Below, piece after piece: positions 24,117 through 36,900 of a stretch of DNA of 52,967 bases (positions are counted from its first letter, which is position 1; every line of letters begins with the position of its first letter). Under the pieces are notes generated by a model that ran no database searches, was not told where the DNA came from, and saw nothing but the letters and a program-made list of their open reading frames with translations. Origin of the DNA: Phoronis australis (lineage: Eukaryota; Animalia; Phoronida). The stretch spans positions 173,597 through 226,563 of the forward strand of contig NMRA01000644.1 of NCBI GenBank assembly GCA_002633005.1, written 5' to 3'. Both the position numbers and the translations under genes were made by a program.

Positions 24117-25050
24117 CTGAACTAGCAGGGAAATCCTTAGAAGAGTTAGATAACCTTCGATTGTGTAGTCCCAACTTCGAAGACGAGCAATTGACTAATC
24201 AACAAAAGTAAGAAACGTTAGTCTAGTGAAAGCAGTCTAATTTGATGCGTTAGTTTCATGTTCCCAGGCACTACTCTGCATTATCACAGGATCTGCCTAC
24301 CTCAGGCTGTCTTGTTGCAGAATATCCTATACAGGTATTATTTGGCAATTTCTCGACAGTCCATTCCTAAGAACATTATATTCACAAATGACCCACTTTC
24401 TTTGACACATTCTGCTGTACCCAGATAATTTGTTTCCTATATATGTACATGTACTTGCTGTACTCCACAACCTATCAGAATATGTGTGTCTTTCATAACA
24501 ACTTCTTGTGGAAATTGGTCACATTTTTGTCTCACTTTGAAATAGATTTCTCAGTGGCGGTATATGACTATGTAACATCACAATTGATGTACTGTTGCAT
24601 TAGTCCCGGTGAACACCCAAGCGCGGCGTGTTTAATTGGCGAAACTTAAAAATCAAGGGCTGGCATGAATCTGCTTTTTGAAAATTTGGGGATTAGCGTT
24701 TACCCTGAGATGCAGTTTGAGGTTAATGCCAAGGAAGTTGTACTGATGTCATTAACTTCATATGCAATGGCTAGTAGTTATCTAACATTAGTCAATTAGT
24801 CTAAAGTGCACATATTACATGCATTTTAAGCGGGAAAACTTTACTTGGTATCATTTTCGTTATACCGGATGGGGGTTATTTTTCCTCGAACCACATGCGT
24901 TATCTTGGACAACTATTGGTATGTTGCCATGTATATTGCAGTTATTTCAGAACATTAGCACTGTAGAAGTAATAGGTTTCATAGCTGGGATATCTGTATT
25001 AACGTATGTATTCAAATGTTTCTTATGATGTATATTAAACAGGAGAAAAC

Positions 25051-25240
25051 GGGGTGGCTCAGTGGTTTGTTCTTTCGACGACCGTTTGGGAGACCCGGGT
25101 TCGAATTCTGGCTTTACAGGCAGCTAATGGAGTATTGCACGAAAGTACATCCAATTCCTCTGAGTTCGGTCTTACTAGTGAATGTATGCAAGAGCACGAA
25201 AGAGAACCTAGATGTAATGCGAAAGTGATTTGGGGGGCTG
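25051..25240 (+). mobile_element. tRNA-derived SINE fragment
   Basis: A box GGTGGCTCAGTGG and B box GGTTCGAATTC at tRNA-like spacing; degenerate stems. 3' extent is approximate. Confidence 0.55.
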
Positions 25241-25492
25241 TGCGCATTTAAAAATATATTTTAAACATGGAATATTGTTTCCATAGAATTTATCAAATGC
25301 GTTGAAAGAATTACAACGAGTGAAATGTCTTTTTAATAGATGTTTTACAAAGTTAGAATAAACAATGATATTGATTTATTGTTCCTCTATTTTTCTTTAC
25401 GTAGTGAGTATAATTTATTAATTCATACTTACTTTACTCCGTCTCTTTCAGCCCTACAAGCTATAATATAAATATTCAATTTAGATTATTAT

Positions 25493-28230
25493 ATGACGAA
25501 GTTGTTATCCCCCGTGTTCTAGAGCCCCAGAGGATTTTGGAGAATAATTCTCTAAAATCCACCAGGGCTCTACAAAAGGGGGATAACAACTATAATCTAT
25601 TTCTACCACTTACTGAACGATAAACATTGCAATGAATCGATCTACCTTTTTCTACTCGCCTGTAACTACTTTCTGTGTCAGAGGCCCGGGGTCTGAGGTC
25701 ATGACCTTTTAAAAAAAGCCGAGCTATTTTTGTCAAATAATGCTTTTACTCATAACTAAGTGAAAATTTAAACAAAATAAAAATAAAGTGAATCTATAAA
25801 TAAAGGTTTAGCAACAATTATAGCTTACTACACATTTTATCACGATAAGCTTCGTCTGCTAAAGTAGGTTATCACTGGTAATAGAGTATACCGTAATTCT
25901 CAAGTCAAAGGATCCCGAAGACACGATACCCGCATTGAAATTGGAGATCGGTGATTTACAAGTGACAGAAAATGAGAGAAATAGTTCACTGAATTAAAAC
26001 ATCTTTTTTGTGGAAATTATACGTCTTATTTTTAAAAGCGTATAGTACAATGCCCTTTGCGATTGTTGCGCGTGCTCATTTAAGTATTCTATTTTCACGT
26101 TCGATGACGTCAGCCGCTGAGTGGTGTAGTGGTAAAGTCGACAACTCGAAACTTGCGGGCACGGGTTCGAAATCTGCCTCGGTTCCCGCCAAAATGTTAT
26201 CTCACTAGTGGGATAAATGGGTAATCACAAGGTTTTATTGGCCATTGGAAGTTAATATTGTGGTATAAATATAGGTTATCGCACATACATAGGAATACTA
26301 CAGCCATATCCTATCGAGAATTCATTTCATCTGGGAATGTCCCAACGAGACCGAAAGTCGTGTTGGGGCATTCCTTAATGAAATGAATTCGAGATAGGAT
26401 ATCGTAGTAGTATTCCTATGTATGTGGGATAACCTATTTATCTTATATATTTGGACTTATTTGCATCATCGCGGCAATATCTTTTTGCGTGCGATCCGGC
26501 TTTTTGTTATATGACGTCATATGTATGCAAAATACGGAACCAAAACTGGTTAAGCTACAAGACAATCTGTAAAAGTGTAGAATAACCAGTAAATTTTTTT
26601 CGATTGTGAAATATAAATTTAAGTTAAAGCACTGAACCATTCAAATAAATATCAAAAGTTAAACGGAAACTTAGAAACAATTCATCCGGGAGTGTAAAAA
26701 TTGAAACATTCCCTGAACTAAGTTGTCTGCAACAGCTTGTGGTTTTAGCTTCGATGAATTTCTTAGTTTTCTTGGTCTATTTTCGTGTCTTAGCTTCAGG
26801 CCAGTAGATTGTAGATAGTAATAGAAACATATCCCCGTGTTGATCACAACATTGGAAAATAATGGTGCAGAACTTGAGGTAAGGACTATCGCAAAGCAGA
26901 AGTTTTTCGCCAGGGCCGGCAGCGGAGTGTGGAACGCTGCGAGCAGACGATTGCCACAGTAAAAATCCGCATACTCATTATTACGTCTTGATTTCCGATA
27001 AATACCTTAGATCTCAGGGTAGATATACTGTATGCATCCACGTTTTTGTTGGATTTGAATTAGATTTTGGCAGATTTTACTAGGTTGACCTATTTATGCG
27101 AATGATGAACCAGATTGACACTTCAGGGAGGCCCGAAAATAGCCGTCTGATCGCCGTGCGTCGGAATTTTCATCGGTAAATCTGTTTTGTTTTTGGAGCA
27201 GTAAAACTGCTTTTACAGGAACGATGCCTTGAATTAATGACTTAGGTAACCCAAATGATTGAGCCCAATAAAATTTGGCGTTGTACACGCAGACTGCACA
27301 CCAACCGTGAAATACGGCTTCTAGTGGATTGGCTGTACTTTCCCTTATATCACAGTTAAATACGTCACATATACAAAGGTCATACTTTCATTTATAGCAT
27401 AATATTAGCCTTGAAAGGCAGATACAAGGGTGTAATAACCCATAAAGTTTTCGCGGGAAACCGAGGCCGGATTCGTTCCCGGGCCTCAACAGTTGCGAGT
27501 CGTCGACTTTACCACTGCACCACTCAGCGGCTGACGTTATCGAACGTGAAAATAGAATACTTAAATGAGCACGCGCAACAAATCGCCTGTTCAGCAAAGG
27601 GCATTGCATCGACAATTATACGCTATGAAAAATAAGACGCATAATTTCAATAAAAACGATATTTTAATCCATTGAAATTTTTCTCTCGTGTTCTCTGACT
27701 TGTAAATCACCGATCTCCATTTTGAATGCGGGTGTCGTGTGGTCAGGATCCATTCAATTCTGCATTATAGTCAGTTACTAGTGGTAACCTACTTTAGCAG
27801 ACGATGTATTCCCGGTCGACGCTTACCGTGATAAAATGCGTAGTAAGCTATAACAGTTGCTAAACCTTAATTTATAGATTCACTTTATTTCTATTTTGTT
27901 TTATTTTTCAATTGGTTTTGAGTAAAAGCATTATTTTATAAAAAATATCTCGGCTTTTCTTAAAAGGTCATGACCTCCGAGCCTGGGCCTCTGACATAGA
28001 AAGTAGTTACAAAGCCGAGGCGAGTCGAGAAAGGTAGATCGATTCATTGCAATGTTTCTCGTTCAGTATGTGCTACAAATAGATTATTACATGTTCTCAG
28101 TCGTTATCCCCCTTATCTAGAGCCCAAGTGGATTTTGTAGAATTATCACCCTCGGGGCTGACGGCCCTCCGGCGATAATTCTCCAAAATCCACTCGGGCT
28201 CGGGATAACGGGGGATAACGACTTCGCCAT
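25493..28230. repeat. Fold-back structure: inverted arms 25493-~26230 and ~27429-28230, each with a terminal hairpin and a tRNA-like head
   Basis: Colinear inverted matches, e.g. CATTGCAATGAATCGATCTACC, GGTCATGACCTTT, CGTCTGCTAAAGTAGGTT, GGAGATCGGTGATTTACAAGT, GTGCTCATTTAAGTATTCTATTTTCACGTTCGAT. Confidence 0.9.
26271..26437. repeat. ~167-bp near-perfect palindrome (possibly the end of a non-autonomous Crypton-like element)
   Basis: ATAGGTTATCGCACATACATAGGAATACTAC... pairs with ...GTAGTATTCCTATGTATGTGGGATAACCTAT; loop around GACCGAAAGTC. The family assignment is recollection only. Confidence 0.8.
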
Positions 28231-28384
28231 GTAACAATATATATGTAGGTAAATAATATAACAATAATGGGTTAACTGAAATTTTCAAATATAATAACAT
28301 CCTACGTCAACAGATTCAGAAATAAAGTTAAATCAAACACTATATGACAATCATATGGCGTATTGAACATGTGTGTCAAGGCTA

Positions 28385-29348
28385 TTTATGCAAAATTGTT
28401 CTCTTTTGAGTTTGTGAGGGGTCCTAGGGTATTGGAGTTCTTCTATTATTTGTACAGAAAGAGCTTGCAGATTATGTTTTTTCTAATTGAAATGATTAAA
28501 TATAGTATCGGAAATGTTTTTATGAATTATGTTCAATATATAATTGTGAAACCGAGTTTGTAGATTATGTTTAGTTTGTCCTATGTATTGGATAGAACAT
28601 TTTCTTCATGTTACTAAGTAAATGATACTGTTGGTGGTGCAGTCAGAATAATGTTTTATTTTGAAGTTTTCGTGGTTTGGGAAAACTGAGAGAAAGTACT
28701 TCCATTGATTAAGTTACACATTTTGCATTTAAATTTGTAACATTGTCCTTTGCCGTTGGTTTTTATTGTCTATATTTGCTTTAACTAAAATATTTTTAGG
28801 TTTTTACATTTTCTCCAAGAAAGGTGGATGACGAAATATGTTTTTCATTTGAGGGGAAATATGGAGATTGGAAAGATGTTATTCTGAAGACGTTGCTAAT
28901 TCCGATTAAACATGGATTGTACATAGTTGTGAAAGGTATTCTATTATTACTATTGTCTTTTGTTTTAGTTCTTAAATACTGATTTCTTGAGATTGGGCGG
29001 ATTTTGTCAAACTGCTTGTGTATAAGATACAAGGAGAAATGACGTCGAAGTAAATAGTGTTTGAATTCTTTCAAACGGTAATGAAGGAAGTTTCTTCTGA
29101 GCAAATGCGTCAAATTCAAAGGGCAAACTATATAGAACGCCTTTCTTACAATGAAAGGGATGACACGAGTGATATGATGGATAATGTTGTTTGTTAGTTT
29201 CTTTACAAAATCAGCGACTTTCTAGTTTATCATTACTGGGGATGACAGTTACATCTAAAAATGAGATTCCATGTTGAAAATGTCATGAGTGAACAAATTT
29301 CAAGCACTATAAAGTTCTCTCATAACGTTTCTCATCGAATCATTTTTT
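28385..29348 (-). mobile_element. Penelope-like retroelement relic (RT C-terminus + GIY-YIG endonuclease)
   Basis: Minus-strand fragments ISFLDVTV, SYHSCHPFHCKK, RICSEE, RIPFTTMYNP, CTTNSIIYLVT*RKCSIQYIGQTKHNLQTRFH, with stops and frameshifts. Confidence 0.8.
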
Positions 29349-30275
29349 AAAGGATATTTAAAAAGCTGCCACAAAAGAGAATCCGAGATCTGCGGTAACT
29401 ATTCTTTAGTCAGTGTCCCTCATTCCTCCTAGCTTGTTGTTACATTAGAAAGTCTTGTTATGCAAGGTAAGTGTCATTTGCTTGGAATAGATTCCAACAA
29501 CTTTAATGGCCCTGTCTTGCATAACATGTCCAATCAAGTTACTGTGAAAAACTAGAAATTCTAGATTGTATCCACCATTATTCGAACACTTAGTGTTCAG
29601 AAAAGCGTGGAGAAACCCTAAGTCAGTGTTCTCTAAGTATAACTTTTCATGAGCGCGTGAGGTCACGCTCATTCGACACAATTCGTCATTTTCCGTAGCA
29701 CGTTATAAAAACATATATAAGCTTAGCTTGAGAAACGATTTCCCTCCAAATGGGACATTCGTCTTTTCTTCCCTTGTCTAGCTTAAAATCATACCGTCGT
29801 ATACAGTGAACAGTAAATTTCTTACCTGCACAATCACACACCACTGTTGCGTAAGCTGTATGGAACAATGCTTAGACGCTGCTTGTATTTAAAGATTATA
29901 ACCCCTCCTCTACTTTTTCATTGGGTGATACTTGGAGCATCACTCGACATCTAGGAAATATATTGTTTAACCAATCACACATCACATCATTCTTTCNTCA
30001 CAGCAAGGACAGAAGGCGAGATCCTCCGATCTCGCGAAGCTGTCTGAGGGCTTCGCCCTCATCTACTCTCTCTACTTTTTCATTGGGTGATACTTGGAGC
30101 ATCACTCGACATCTAGGAAATATATTGTTTAACCAATCACACATCACATCATTCTTTCCATGAACCATTCAACCTTTTCTCGACGTTATGCTTTTCACGG
30201 CTTCGTAAAGTTTGCAACAGGTTCGATTTTGTCACCCAATCGAGAACCCTTCTATTACCAAACGCACGCAGTTAA

Positions 30276-30429
30276 CATGGGCGGCGCAGCATTGAAAAAT
30301 GTGGGTCTAAAGCCCCCCCCCCCGTCCCCCTGTGGTGCACCGCCTNCACCGCCTATAGACCATGGGCCCCGTAGCCCTGAAAAAGTGGAGGGCTATGGCC
30401 CGCCAGCCCCCTTTGGTTCGCCGCCCATT
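30276..30429. mobile_element. Dimeric CATGGGCGG-family MITE, diverged
   Basis: Same unit as at 7388 and 15946. TSD not recognisable. Confidence 0.7.
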
Positions 30430-31849
30430 TGGCCTATAGCATTAGCTGCGTTAGATAAGTTGGTCATGTTTGTAGAGTGGCTTATTGGGTTGGTCGTATA
30501 GGAAATTTGGTACACCGAAATAATATGGAATTATGCGCTGGTTAAAAGTGTATCAAGAACAGACAAGTAATCGTGTTTGTGATAATTACCAACAAAAAAA
30601 TTAAAAATATAGATTTTTTCTGACCTTTTAAATATTGGGAAGAGTACAAAACTTTGATTTATTTATAGTCAAGATTGGGTGAATTACAAAATCTTTTAAA
30701 ATACTCGATTTCAGCCATCACTCAACTTAGAAATTTATCCAAGCAGCGAGCTGCTAGGACTAGTGCGTACTGTGCAAACTCGACAACTTCACACGTACTC
30801 TTGAATACAATTAACGGGTGATGCGATGGAGACGATTGCAAATATGCCAGTGACTATTCACAGAGCATCGAACTTTGGCGCGATAGCCTATTTTATTTTA
30901 TTTCATTTAACTTTCAAAATATGGCTAACCTGCCAAACTTGTAGCACTATCTGTTATTACTATATGGAGTAATGGATACGGTAGCGTCACCAATATTTTA
31001 TTGAACGAGCTGGCGTTGGGAGCCGTTTAACTATCTGCGTGTATTCCTTCCGGAATGGTGCGCAATTGATAATTCGAAAATAAGGATTTTCAAAATCGTT
31101 TCATAACATGAGGTAGCACGAAAAAATGAATAGTCAATTTATGACAAATAGCAACCCGACCCATAACAAAATGCAACAAAAGATTTTACAGTTACAGTGG
31201 GCTTTTGCTCTACCGGTTATACAACGTACTTATAAACAGAAACATTCTACCAATGTCTTATCAGCGGAAATGGGTTAATACAGCGTCATTTCGAAGATGG
31301 CTGCCACTTAGTTTCGAAATCACTAAAAATAGATATAACTTTTCCAATAATTGTAATAGCAACCTAATTTTTGGTTCTAGTCTTTTGTTTTAAGGCGTGT
31401 GCAACTCACTGGTGTGGTTAATATTAAGATATGATCATTATTAGATATGAAATTCAAGATGGCGGCTAAAATTCAAGAACAAAAATCACCGATTTGTACA
31501 TCATTTAATATCTTATCCCTTATAACGAAAGTATGATTTTAATCACATTTAAAAATGTGACTGGCTCAGATTGAATGATCTTAAAACATTTAGATTTGAC
31601 AGAATTCTGACTGAATTACTTTGAATTATGGACATTGAATTAATATTTAAGCTGCCAAATATTCAATCCAAAGCATTTGGCTTGCAAAAAAGTCACAAAA
31701 ATTTCTAGTGTATATTTGTTTGTCACTGGTTTTTATTTTGAAAAATCCACACAAGAAAACTAGAAGCCCAGGGCAAAATGTCAACATCTGTCTGAAATGC
31801 CCCCCAATCAGCAGCTACTGAGCAGATTATCGATAATCTTGCGAAAAAG

Positions 31850-32889
31850 AAGTCTGAACTTGGAAGAAGGCAGATAGGTATGGAAAAATTGCCGGAGCAT
31901 ATGCTGACCTTGCAGCAAAACACTATCAAGCACCCATTGGCTATGGTGCAGGTCGTTCGATGAATGATAACACTCAATGAGTATAGGCGAAGACGGGCAA
32001 GTAGTTATCCGACAGTGAACTTCACCGGAGAAACTTAATTTGATGGTTGTGGCAGATGAATTCCTATCCACCGGCAGTAATACATGTAAGCAACAACTGA
32101 TCGCATTAATAAGTGACCAGCTGCAAAAAGTGGTATGCACAGCCGTTCAGGCAGAAGGGGGACGCAGGTGTGGATATTGAAAAGACAGTAGTAAATAGTA
32201 CAATATGTACTCCACTACAGTAATCGGCGTGGACACTGACCTGTTGATGCATATGCTCCATTACTGTATGGCTGAAACCACTATTTTTCAAACCAGACAA
32301 CCAATCAAAACAAATCTGAAAGTATACAACATAAACTGAATGAAATGTGTGCTTGGGAGCAAGACGTGTACCCTGCACTCCTTCACAGGATGCGACTAAA
32401 CGTCTCGTGTATATGGCGTCGGAAAGAAATTTGCCTCTCATGAAGTCGTTAAGATTGCCAAGTCCTCCAGTCCTGCGCTGACACACTAAACGCAAAGGTC
32501 GTATGACCCTCAGAGATAGAGAAACTTGACAGCCAAGCGATGGTCGCTCTGTTTGGTGGAGAGAGAACGTTTTTACTAGGTTCCATTGTCTTAAGTGTAC
32601 TACCAGGTCATTGTTTGGATGGGGATAGCAAATGACCTGGATCCTTTAGACTGGGCCTGGAGACTAGAAGACAACCAAATCGTACCCATCATAACTGCCA
32701 TGAATGCTTTACCAGACACTCCTGAATATGATACGCTGGAACTTTACCACAGCTTGTAGTATGCCACGTTGCAGTAACAGAAAGAATGGGCTTGCATGTA
32801 TATCTGCATGTGAATTGCACCTTGCGACATATTGTGACAATCCGCTCAATCAAGTTTCTGAGGAACTTGAAGACACTGACGAGAGTTGA
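31850..32889 (+). pseudogene. Academ-like transposase relic (XPG/PIN-like domain + Cys-rich tail)
   Basis: Fragments GDAGVDI, VIGVDTDLLMHMLHY, LHSFTGCD*TSRVYGVGKK, YYQVIVWMG..LDPLDWAW, LLNMIR..C..RC..RKNGLACISAC; multiple lesions. Confidence 0.7.
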
Positions 32890-33769
32890 ACGGAGGCAGT
32901 ACGTGTAATGAAGACAACATTCTTGTATGAAAATGTAAACTAATCGTTCATGGGTCACGTCGACGAAAAAATAATTTACTGGCACCTGGTGTTCAGTCAT
33001 TTTGATGCCGACAGATGCCTTTTGAGTAAAGAAGAAGTTCTGCAGGTTTAAGTTATTGAGCATAGTACAACCTATACCTTGGTACACATTCTTTGTCACT
33101 GCATCCCAAACGCTGTAGTTGATAAGATTGCAATCAAGACTTTGTGAAAAACATGTTAATTAACTCATTCTCAGCACTTGAAAACACCATGATCTCTACT
33201 TCGCCCAAATTAGCAAACAACTGAAAAATAGTATTATGGTACAACAGTTGAAAATATACACCTGAGTAAATTGATTGTCAAGTGTCAACATCCTTAATGA
33301 AGACATTTTGTATCATCATGTAGTCTAATTTGGCTTTGACTTATTTGAGTTTTAAAAAATCTTTACTGTCCTGGAGTGAAAACATAGTGTATTATTATGT
33401 TTTTGTGGTGCACTGACAATGGATTGCAAAATATTGTGCAATTGCAATGAATGGTTTTCGAAAAATAAAGGATAAAATTCGAAACGTTATTTTTGACCAC
33501 CCGGTCAGATGGTATATTGACTCGTTAATGTCTCTAATCACATTTTAAAATGTTGCAAATATCTACAATCAGATAAAGATTATTTCAGGTCAATCAGATA
33601 AAATTTATTTCAGGTCATTCTCCGACTAAATACATGTATTTCCGTCTTAGTATTTAATTAGGTGTAATCACTCATTTAAGCATGCCTGATTTGAAAGTTC
33701 GGCAAGAGGTAACGTGAGAACGTTTTCTTTCTTATCATGGTCTGTTCTGGTCACAGTGTAGCGCGTAAG

Positions 33770-33973
33770 TACGCTCGTAATCACGAACAATATTTCGCTC
33801 GTGTTTTACGACCAAAATCGTTCGCCCATAATTACGCTCGTGATCACGAACAAGACTTCGCTCGTGTTTTGCGACTGAAATTGTTCGTCCATAATTACGC
33901 TCGTGATAACGATCAAGACTTCGTGTGTTGTTTTGTAGTTCACGTGAGCTCTAAAGAAGTTTTACGCTCGTAA
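33770..33973. repeat. 63-bp tandem repeat, about 2.5 copies
   Basis: TACGCTCGT(A/G)AT.ACGA.CAA.A.TTCG units start at 33770, 33833 and 33896. Confidence 0.85.
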
Positions 33974-36900
33974 TTCTAGCAAGTACTCATTTTACCCCGT
34001 AGGCCTTGTTGAAAAAGTCGAGTGCGATACCGCCATGTAATATTCTTTTTCCTATTCACCTGCCATACTACTTCAAGATTGACTTCTGATATCGAAAAAT
34101 CAAAATGTATGCCAACTCGACGTCGACCTTCGGTCTCGGTCGACACGCGGAACAATGTCTCGTGCTAAATTACTTCATGTACGCCACTCTTAGTACGTTT
34201 TGTGCATATATTTAAGTCAGAGTCCAGGAGACCACCAGCCGCAAAATAAATAAGCAGTTGATATTGTAGTTTAAACTCAAAAACAGGAAATCAAAGAGCA
34301 CTGCAGTCCTCAAATCAATGTAAGCGCATTGTTCATTCAATCGATTTTGGTTTAAGATCTACATGTTATTGTTACTACGAAAATCAAATGATTGAGGGAC
34401 GATTTATGACAATGAGAAGCTAATTTTGTAAAGAAATTACAATGCTTCGGTGAACTTAGCTGCTGGCTGACATTGGGAAAATTCGATCTATCATCAGATC
34501 CCCAAATATTAAAGTATTTATCTCACAATTCAAATGCCAATAGATTGTCCACTGACTTAGGAATCAGATTAGTGGTTTAAATTCACAAATAGTAGGTCGA
34601 AAAGAAGTTTTTAAAATTCTTTAAGTAAGTAAATTTAAACCCAATGCTCATTAACTTGATATTGTTAGTGTCCAGCACAATGAATTTTTGTTCTCTAAAA
34701 TTAAAGCGTATGCTTGCATTTCCCGTGCATACTGCACAGATGGAGCAGGTGATGACTGAGGCACCCACAGTTAAAATAAGGTGCATTCACGCATTAGGCC
34801 CAAGCAGAATCTTTTTGATCTCGGGAACTCAATTTGAACTCCAGGCTTTGAAGTGTGTATATTTTTCGGACGCAATCAGTATCAGAAACCAGAAACTGGA
34901 CAACCGGACATGTTTCGATAAGGGATTTGAAACAGCCCCAAAGGCAGTATACCAGGGATCTCACTTTAAAAAAATTCTCCAACGAATGACCATAATAATA
35001 TTAAACTTTCATTGAAACTGGATCATGATAAAACAAGTCTTGAACTCAGAGCCAGCCCAGAGGAATAGGTTCTAAGTACGAGCTAAGATGTCCGTCTGAA
35101 GAGAATCATAGCTGAGCTGACAAGCGACTAACTTGAGTTCATCGAATTTTGGCACTTTCACACTATTAGATCATAGCTACGGTTATTTGAGGCAGCTCCC
35201 AACTACCAGTGAGTGCGCTGGCTCTCAGTCCATTCTTTAGCACTTTGTAAAACCTTGTTGGTTCACAGGTACTCAAATCCTGATGGCTGCATCCTGAGGA
35301 TTGCACCCCCACCTATGGCGGGTGTGGGGGTTCGGTTCGAACATGGCGACATCCGGAGAATGGAGGAGGGGCAGTTGGAGGGCGGAGGTGGCGGTGATAG
35401 GAAAAGAGGTAGTTTGGCGAAGTCGAATTGGTTTGTGACCTCCCAATAATTAATGCCTCCTACGGGCCTGCTTTGTTACAAGTAATCAAAGTTTGAAAAT
35501 AGTCTACATGCCCATTAATGTTAAAAAAATTATTGATATCGTCTATCAAACAATTTATACCAACATAGTACTCCTATGCAATTTACTGTCATTAAAAATC
35601 TTCACAACTACGCCGTTTTTCGACTGAAATTGCATGAGAGCTGAACTATTAGAAAGCCCTTGCCAGTAGCCAAATTTAATAAGTTAATTCATAAGCAATT
35701 ATCATTTCGCGTACCTGTCTGGTTTAACAATATGTTTTATTCTAAAAACAAGATTGCTATCGAAATGCAAAAGGTAACAGCGTGGGTAAGCTAAAAAGGA
35801 AATGAGTCAGAGAAGTTAAAGTGGAACTTGCACGCTAATGTCTTTTTCTCTGAGTGCTTGGTCAAACTAGTTAGGAACACAACATATAGCGACGATGTGA
35901 GTATGAAGTAAGCTGAAAAAATGATAAATGTTTTTAAGAACGAGATTTGTCGAAAATGATCCGCCTTAAATCACTCAATCGTGTTCAGTAAGTATCGTGG
36001 CGTGGTGTTGGGAAAAAACACTGCATGATGAAGGCTATTTCTTCCCAAGGTACGTCATAAGATCAAGCCACCTGTTTGCAGTTTTTTTTTTGTTTTCACA
36101 TATACAAGTTGCTAATGAATACATCTGCACTTTGTTTAGAGTAGATGATGCTTAAATAACATCGTCGATTATTTGCTGCTATATATTAGCATAGTTAGGT
36201 GCAGTTAAATATATCTTTACGCCACTAGGGAAATTAATTCAATGATTCAAAAGAGTTCTACCATATAAAAGTAAACGTTTTAAAATATGGATTCCCCGCA
36301 GTTGCAGTGAAGAATTTAGTCTGATATTCATCCAACTTTACACATCTTTATATATTAATTGGACCTTTGGTTCTTTTCGATACTGTTCTTCAGTAAAACT
36401 TCAGGACGGAGTAACATATGACAAAATGCGATAAACTAATTACTATTTATCCGGAATTTGCAGATAAAGGCATTATAGTGGGTAAAAAATTAGCAAACAT
36501 CTGTTTTGCAGTTTTGAAACGTACTTTTGATACTAGATCAGTACATAGCTTACAATCGAGGACTTTTATGTAAACAAGAGACAATGGAACACATCATTAC
36601 GATTGTTAATGTATGTTACTACAGAAAGTAGACTTTCGAAAATAACGATATTCACAGTCATAAGAGAGAGACAAATGAACACTTGTTCCATAGTTGTCAA
36701 CATTCGAGAATGAAAAAAGAGACAACTTAATTGAAAAGCGAGATTTCTGGATCTGGTTCTTTGCCAAAACGCAAATGTGAAGTGTTTGCCGCAATAGAGA
36801 AAAACATCCGGTCAGTTATTTTGTCGAATTGGTGATGTTATACATAAATGCGCTCGACGAAGATTTTTTTATTTTTGTAACTCAAATGTACAATTGCAAG

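Noticed and set aside
26116-27528. Functional tRNA genes (also 18229 and 25051)
   Set aside because: A/B boxes are present but stems and anticodon arms are degenerate and embedded in repeats; treated as SINE or tRNA-derived heads.
28270-28320. Hammerhead ribozyme at the Penelope 3' end (minus strand CTGTTGA...GAAA)
   Set aside because: The core deviates from CTGANGA and stem II does not pair convincingly; at best a decayed relic.
29907-30158. Exact ~90-bp direct duplication
   Set aside because: The first copy ends at an N (29997); likely a contig-join artefact.
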